Shown here in pieces: positions 59,371 to 64,000 of a stretch of 64,000 bases of DNA. The DNA lies in assembly GCA_028285795.1 (NCBI GenBank), contig JAPYNL010000020.1, positions 1,622 through 65,621 on the forward strand, in the 5' to 3' direction. The notes beneath the pieces were generated by a model that saw only the letters and a list, made by a program, of their open reading frames with translations, was not told the DNA's origin and did no database searches. The position numbers and the translations under genes were made by a program. Origin of the DNA: Arenicellales bacterium (GTDB taxonomy: Bacteria > Pseudomonadota > Gammaproteobacteria > Arenicellales > Poriferihabitantaceae). The stretch's first letter is position 1, and every line of letters begins with the position of its first letter.

Positions 59371-61800
59371 ATGAAGTTCATACTGAAGCCTCTGCTTGCC
59401 GTTTTCCTGTATGGCATTGTATTTCTGGCAACTATGGGTATTGGTCTTGGGCTTTATGCAATCACTTTGCTTGAGGATTTGCCGACCATTGAAGAAATCC
59501 GGGAAATTCCGCTGAATATCCCGCTTCGGATTTATACATCCGACCATAAAATGATTGCCGAATACGGCGTTGAACGCCGGATTCCGATAACTCTTGACGA
59601 AACTCCCCAGCTATTGCTTGATGCCATCCTGGTAACCGAGGATGACCGGTTCTATCATCATACAGGCGTGGATTTTCCAGGTCTGTTGCGCGCTTCGGTT
59701 AGCAATATTCTAACCAAGTCCCGGGGGCAGGGTGCCAGTACGATCACCATGCAGGTGGCACGCAACGTGTTTCTCAATCCCGAGAAGACCTATGTTCGCA
59801 AGCTCAAGGAAATTCTGGTGGCTTTCAATATGGAGCGGACCTTGACCAAGGATGAGATTCTCGAGTTGTATCTGAACAAAATCTTTCTGGGCCATCGTGC
59901 CTATGGATTTGCCGCCGCTGCGCGTGTTTATTATGGTGAAGATCTTGCGAACCTCAGCGTACCCGAGATTGCCATGCTGGCTGGGCTCCCTCGGGCCCCT
60001 TCCCGTGATAATCCGATCAGTAATCCGGAGCGAGCCCAGGAACGCCGTGCTTTCGTGCTCAAACGACTCCATGAGCTCGGACGTATTGACAATTACAGTT
60101 ATGAAAATGCCTTGAACTCCCCGATCACGGCAAGAAGGCAGATTGATGATGCCAAGCTCACTGCTCCCTATGCATCGGAGATGGCGCGGCAGGTGTTGTA
60201 TGGCTATTTTGGCGAATCCGTGTATGAGCGGGGACTGAATGTTACATTGACTATAAACAGTGAATATCAGGCTCAGGCGGAGCAGGTTCTCAGGGACGGT
60301 TTGATTGCCTATGACCAAAGACATGGATACCGTGGGCCGGTTGGCGAGATTGCGGTGGATGCATTTGATCCGATGGCGGATGTCGACAGGCTTAAGTCGG
60401 CAGTTCGGGATTTTCCCAATAGCAAGGAGATTATTCCGGCAGTCGTGATCAAGGTTGAGTTTGACTATTTCGAAGCCCTCGTTCATGAGGCGGGTGAGGA
60501 TGTCAGGATAGCAAGGGTCGACTTTGATAATATGTCATGGGCTCGGGAACAGATTGGAACCAGTTGGCTTGGCGAGGAGTTGCGAAGCCCTGCCGACGCA
60601 GTCAAACTGGGTGATATTGTCTATTTGCGAAAGCCGCAGGCGGACAGTGAAGAATTCTGGTCGCTGTCTCAGATACCGGAAGTATCCGGGGCCCTGGTCA
60701 GTCTCGACAGTAATACCGGTGCTATTTTGGCCATAACAGGTGGTTTTGACTTCTTCCTGAGTAAATTCAATCGGGCTGTGCAGGCCAAGCGACAGCCCGG
60801 CTCGAACATCAAGCCATTCATCTACTCCGCGGCTCTGGAACATGGGTTCACTCCATCAAGCATTATCAGTGCCGGTCCGATTGTGGTCGAGGACAAGCTT
60901 GAAGGGATTTGGCGCCCCCGGAACTACAGCAACAAATTTTTTGGTCCTACTCGCTTGCGCAAGGCGCTTAGCCTTTCCCTGAATCTGGTATCTGTGCGAT
61001 TGCTCCGATCAATCGGCATTGTGCCTGCGATTGAACATCTGGCAAAATTTGGATTCAGTCCGGAGGATTTGCCGCAGCATCTTTCCTTGTCTCTTGGGGC
61101 CACCGAGGCCACCCCGCTTGAAATTGCCAGTAGTTTTGCGGTCTTTGCAAACAGCGGCTATCGAGTTACACCTTATTTGATCGAAACCATTACAGATTCG
61201 CAGAACAACCCGGTTATCCTGCCTGAATTGAATTGCATTGAATGCGGGTCCGATGTGCCTCATGCAATCGCCGAGGAAGAGATTTCGGAGGAAGACGTTA
61301 ACCCTGCACAAATTGGTCCTGAACAGGCCAGACAGGTCATATCGCCCGAGAATGTCTTTCTCATGCAGAGTATGTTGCAGGGCGTAGTCACGGATGGTAC
61401 CGGACGTAAGGCCCTGTCTCTCAACCGCTCGGACTTTGCGGGCAAGACGGGCACAACGAATAATTTCAGGGATGCATGGTTTTCGGGATTCATTCCCGAT
61501 ATAACGACTACGGTATTCGTAGGGTTTGATATTCCGAAATTCCTGGGAAACCGGGAATCCGGAGCGGTCGCCGCACTACCGATCTGGATCAACTACATGA
61601 GAAGGGTGATTCAGGACTATCCGGAAAAAGCCTATCCACGCCCAGAGACGATAATCACGCGATTCATCAACAAGGACACGGGCAGAATTACCCGTCATGA
61701 TGATCCGGATGGCTATCAGGAATATTTTGTTCGTGGAACGGAACCCACAAATTTACCCAATGCCGATGATCCATCGGATGTTTCGGAAAACCTGTTTTGA
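59371..61800 (+). CDS. mrcA: Penicillin-binding protein 1A (bifunctional transglycosylase/transpeptidase)
   Basis: 809 aa with an N-terminal TM and GT51 motifs (EDDRFYHHTGVD, GASTITMQVARN, RKLKE). Transpeptidase motifs are SNIKPF and KTGTTN. Confidence 0.94.
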   Translation: MKFILKPLLAVFLYGIVFLATMGIGLGLYAITLLEDLPTIEEIREIPLNIPLRIYTSDHKMIAEYGVERRIPITLDETPQLLLDAILVTEDDRFYHHTGVDFPGLLRASVSNILTKSRGQGASTITMQVARNVFLNPEKTYVRKLKEILVAFNMERTLTKDEILELYLNKIFLGHRAYGFAAAARVYYGEDLANLSVPEIAMLAGLPRAPSRDNPISNPERAQERRAFVLKRLHELGRIDNYSYENALNSPITARRQIDDAKLTAPYASEMARQVLYGYFGESVYERGLNVTLTINSEYQAQAEQVLRDGLIAYDQRHGYRGPVGEIAVDAFDPMADVDRLKSAVRDFPNSKEIIPAVVIKVEFDYFEALVHEAGEDVRIARVDFDNMSWAREQIGTSWLGEELRSPADAVKLGDIVYLRKPQADSEEFWSLSQIPEVSGALVSLDSNTGAILAITGGFDFFLSKFNRAVQAKRQPGSNIKPFIYSAALEHGFTPSSIISAGPIVVEDKLEGIWRPRNYSNKFFGPTRLRKALSLSLNLVSVRLLRSIGIVPAIEHLAKFGFSPEDLPQHLSLSLGATEATPLEIASSFAVFANSGYRVTPYLIETITDSQNNPVILPELNCIECGSDVPHAIAEEEISEEDVNPAQIGPEQARQVISPENVFLMQSMLQGVVTDGTGRKALSLNRSDFAGKTGTTNNFRDAWFSGFIPDITTTVFVGFDIPKFLGNRESGAVAALPIWINYMRRVIQDYPEKAYPRPETIITRFINKDTGRITRHDDPDGYQEYFVRGTEPTNLPNADDPSDVSENLF

Positions 61801-61993
61801 TCGTATGCCGGATATCGAGAGAGTGCGATGTACAAGTTTGTCGGTTAGGCTTCAAGAGATATCAAGAAGAAATCGCGGCGATGGCATTTAATTCGTGGTC
61901 AAGGAGCACTTCCACGATGCTGAAATTGCACTTATGTGGATAATATCCCGAGCGTGCATTCTACAAAGTTCAAACAATATTATTATTCTCGGA

Positions 61994-63184
61994 ATGGTGA
62001 TGACGAATAATCCGGTTTTCACGATATTTGTCGTGTGGCATCCATCGTATCGTGAAGGACAGGATATTGCTGACTCACTAAGTAGCCACTTCGTTGGGAA
62101 CCTCTATCAGAATATCGAAGACGATTGTCCAGTAAGCGTTCTTGAGCGTAGCCAAATCGTACCAGGTATAACTACTCCCTTGCCAATTGGCTGGAATGAC
62201 TCGGAATTTACTGCAGTCGTGGTTCTGACGGAGACGACTTTAGTTGAAGATGAGGAGTGGGTAGCGTATGTGCACATGATAGAAAAAGGCACCCAAGACC
62301 AAGGACTTTCATCTAGGCTTTTTCCAGTAGCAATGGATCGCAGAGGCCTTGAACTTGGGGTCTCGCAACAAGCTTTGCGGTGGGATGAATGGGTTGAGTC
62401 AATAGAAAACCCGATTCAACGACTCATTTCTGATCTTACCCATGAATTTTGTCGAATGCTCCGACATAAATTTGACCAACACCGATATTCCGATGGAGTA
62501 GACTCTGGCTTGGGGCACTATCTCAAGAAGATTAAGGTTTTCATAAGCCACTCGAAACACGATAAAGATGGAAAATCCCTTGGAGGTAGAATTCGTGACT
62601 GGATTCATAATGAGAGTTTGCTTGACAGCTTTTTTGACGTCTACGATATACCGCCAGGATTATCATTTGAGGATGTTTTGTTGCATGAGGTAGGGGATAG
62701 TGTGTTCCTGGCAGTAAACACAGATTCGTACTCTTCCCGAGAATGGTGCAGACGGGAGGTCATTGAAGCAAAACGCCGCCTGGTTCCAATCATCGTATTT
62801 GATTGTGTGCGAGATATGGTTCCCCGTGCAATGCCCTATTTGGGGAATGTTCCAGTCGTGCGTGTGGATCCAGATTTAAAGGGCCTGGAACTGACCGACC
62901 GTATCAAAATGGTCACAAGTTGTCTCCTTGATGAGGTTTTTCGAACCTGGTTGTGGTTTTGTCGGGTTGGTCCCGATGTTTCAGATTCTCCGGGCGTTTT
63001 GTTCACGCCAAGACCTCCAGAGTTGATTGAACTGGCAGCAGTACCGTTTTCAGGTGGTGAAACAGTTCAAACGATCGTATATCCCGATCCTTTATTGCCG
63101 GTGCATGAGGAACAACTGTTCAGAAAAATCGCACCGGAAGTGTCTTTGCAGACTTTGACAGATTGGCTCGAGGGTCAACCATGA
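61994..63184 (+). CDS. Two-domain TIR protein: an N-terminal TIR-like/flavodoxin-like domain, a canonical TIR domain and a C-terminal extension
   Basis: The central segment has TIR hallmarks: KVFISHSKHDKDG, DIPPGLSFEDVLLHEV and NTDSYSSREWCRREVIEAKR (candidate catalytic Glu), then PIIVFD. The N-terminal PVFTIFVVWHPSYREGQDIADSL looks like a second degenerate copy. The start (61994, 62000 or upstream GTG 61895) is uncertain. GC is lower than in neighbouring genes. Confidence 0.75.
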   Translation: MVMTNNPVFTIFVVWHPSYREGQDIADSLSSHFVGNLYQNIEDDCPVSVLERSQIVPGITTPLPIGWNDSEFTAVVVLTETTLVEDEEWVAYVHMIEKGTQDQGLSSRLFPVAMDRRGLELGVSQQALRWDEWVESIENPIQRLISDLTHEFCRMLRHKFDQHRYSDGVDSGLGHYLKKIKVFISHSKHDKDGKSLGGRIRDWIHNESLLDSFFDVYDIPPGLSFEDVLLHEVGDSVFLAVNTDSYSSREWCRREVIEAKRRLVPIIVFDCVRDMVPRAMPYLGNVPVVRVDPDLKGLELTDRIKMVTSCLLDEVFRTWLWFCRVGPDVSDSPGVLFTPRPPELIELAAVPFSGGETVQTIVYPDPLLPVHEEQLFRKIAPEVSLQTLTDWLEGQP

Positions 63185-64000
63185 ACCTGTCCAATAGTGA
63201 TTATTCTCCTTCGGTCGGAATTTCGATTTCGGAGAGCCCGGACTTGAAATACCTCGGAATGAACCAAGGGCATTTACGCAATGCCATGAATCACATGGCA
63301 TTAAAGCTACTTGCTTCAGGTGTCAGTTTGGCCTACGGCGGGGATTTGCGAAAAGATGGATTCACCCGGGTTCTAGCCGAACTGGTGGGACGTTATCGAG
63401 GTCATCCACGGCACTCCGGAACTATAGTCATAACAGACTATCTCGCTTGGCCGGTGCACATCAGGCTCACGCAAGACCAGCTCGACACTTTCTTTAAGGA
63501 TCATCAGCCGACCGTACATCTTGTCTTGCTTTCCCTGGATGGTGAAAGACTTGCTCTGGAGAAACGAGAGGAGCTCTCTACATACGAACCACGAGAGGAT
63601 GAATGGACGACAGGACTAACTGCAATGCGAAACTCAATGCTTGCGGACATCCATGCCCGGGTAGTAATGGGTGGTAGAGTTGAGGGATACAAGGGAAAAA
63701 TGCCGGGCATTGCCGAAGAAACGCATCTTTCACTTGAAGCCAAACAACCTGTTTACGTATTGGGCGGATTTGGCGGATGCGCTCGCGATATTGCAGAGAC
63801 TGTCGGTCTTGCTGACCCCTGGGCGGGTTCCCGTGATCATTGGCAGGGTCGACAGTGTTTCAAGGAGTATTCAGTGTCTGACTTTAATAATGGCCTTACC
63901 AATGAAGAAAACGTGGCCTTGGCACATACTCCCCATATTCAAAAGGCAGCCAGCCTCGTATCTCGCGGACTTAGTCATGTGCTCAACAACAAAAATAGCC
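63181..64000 (+). CDS. SLOG-superfamily (LOG/DprA/ThsA-SLOG-like) protein, 3' end outside the window
   Basis: Not in the ORF track. Hand translation gives 273 uninterrupted codons from ATG 63181, which overlaps the TIR gene stop (ATGA). Rossmannoid SLOG-like signatures are VGISISESPD, SLAYGGDLRKDGFT, VVMGGRVEGYKGKMPG and PVYVLGGFGGCARDIAE. Confidence 0.7.
   Translation, partial: MNLSNSDYSPSVGISISESPDLKYLGMNQGHLRNAMNHMALKLLASGVSLAYGGDLRKDGFTRVLAELVGRYRGHPRHSGTIVITDYLAWPVHIRLTQDQLDTFFKDHQPTVHLVLLSLDGERLALEKREELSTYEPREDEWTTGLTAMRNSMLADIHARVVMGGRVEGYKGKMPGIAEETHLSLEAKQPVYVLGGFGGCARDIAETVGLADPWAGSRDHWQGRQCFKEYSVSDFNNGLTNEENVALAHTPHIQKAASLVSRGLSHVLNNKNS

Noticed and set aside
61935-61943. Perfect DnaA box TGTGGATAA upstream of the TIR gene
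   Set aside because: It is a single isolated 9-mer with no neighbouring boxes or AT-rich unwinding element. It is most likely a chance occurrence and not an origin.
1-64000. CRISPR arrays, rRNA operons, intact IS elements or prophage genes
   Set aside because: No regularly spaced direct repeats, no rRNA-like conserved strings, and no transposase, integrase or phage structural ORFs were seen anywhere in the window.

Overview
This 64-kb window looks like a gammaproteobacterial-type chromosome, about 50-53% GC by spot counts, densely coded and mostly housekeeping. I cannot name the organism.

Gene order, left to right:
- The 3' end of the H+-pyrophosphatase gene hppA, convergent with a PPi-dependent phosphofructokinase.
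- The rpmH-rnpA-yidD-yidC-mnmE block. rpmH is below the ORF-track size cutoff and was read by hand.
- An uncharacterised MotA/ExbB-like plus MotB-like coiled-coil gene pair, wedged between mnmE and mnmG.
- gor, then a roughly 0.9-kb stretch with no convincing gene.
- A nitroreductase, an M20 amidohydrolase and class III ADH (frmA/adhC).
- hemW, a 2-hydroxyacid dehydrogenase, a DUF2306-like membrane protein and a CoA-pyrophosphatase NUDIX.
- A 640-bp motif-rich leader followed by a complete dcw cluster: mraZ-rsmH-ftsL-ftsI-murE-murF-mraY-murD-ftsW-murG-murC-murB-ftsQ-ftsA-ftsZ-lpxC.
- dciA-like/secA-argJ-mutT/coaE.
- An Rrf2-regulated sufBCD-sufT-Rieske operon and formyl-CoA transferase.
- A frameshifted AlbA_2/HATPase_c_4 (Schlafen-like) gene.
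- A minus-strand block: pyrD, a pseudouridine synthase, purB, mnmA, an unknown exported protein, a NUDIX hydrolase and a LysR regulator.
- A 1.2-kb orphan region, then mrcA (PBP1A).
- At the right edge, a lower-GC, translationally coupled TIR-domain gene and SLOG-domain gene. The SLOG ORF is missing from the supplied track because it runs off the window.

The TIR/SLOG pair is the best candidate for a novel, Thoeris-like but architecturally non-canonical signalling or defence system.

Other notable points:
- murD has an apparent frameshift plus internal deletion, although it is an essential gene.
- argJ has an in-frame deletion that removes the catalytic-Thr region.
- The Rrf2 regulator gene is preceded by a perfect 27-bp palindrome.
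- A perfect 36-bp palindrome lies at 58.8 kb.

No rRNA, complete tRNA, CRISPR array or intact IS element was seen.
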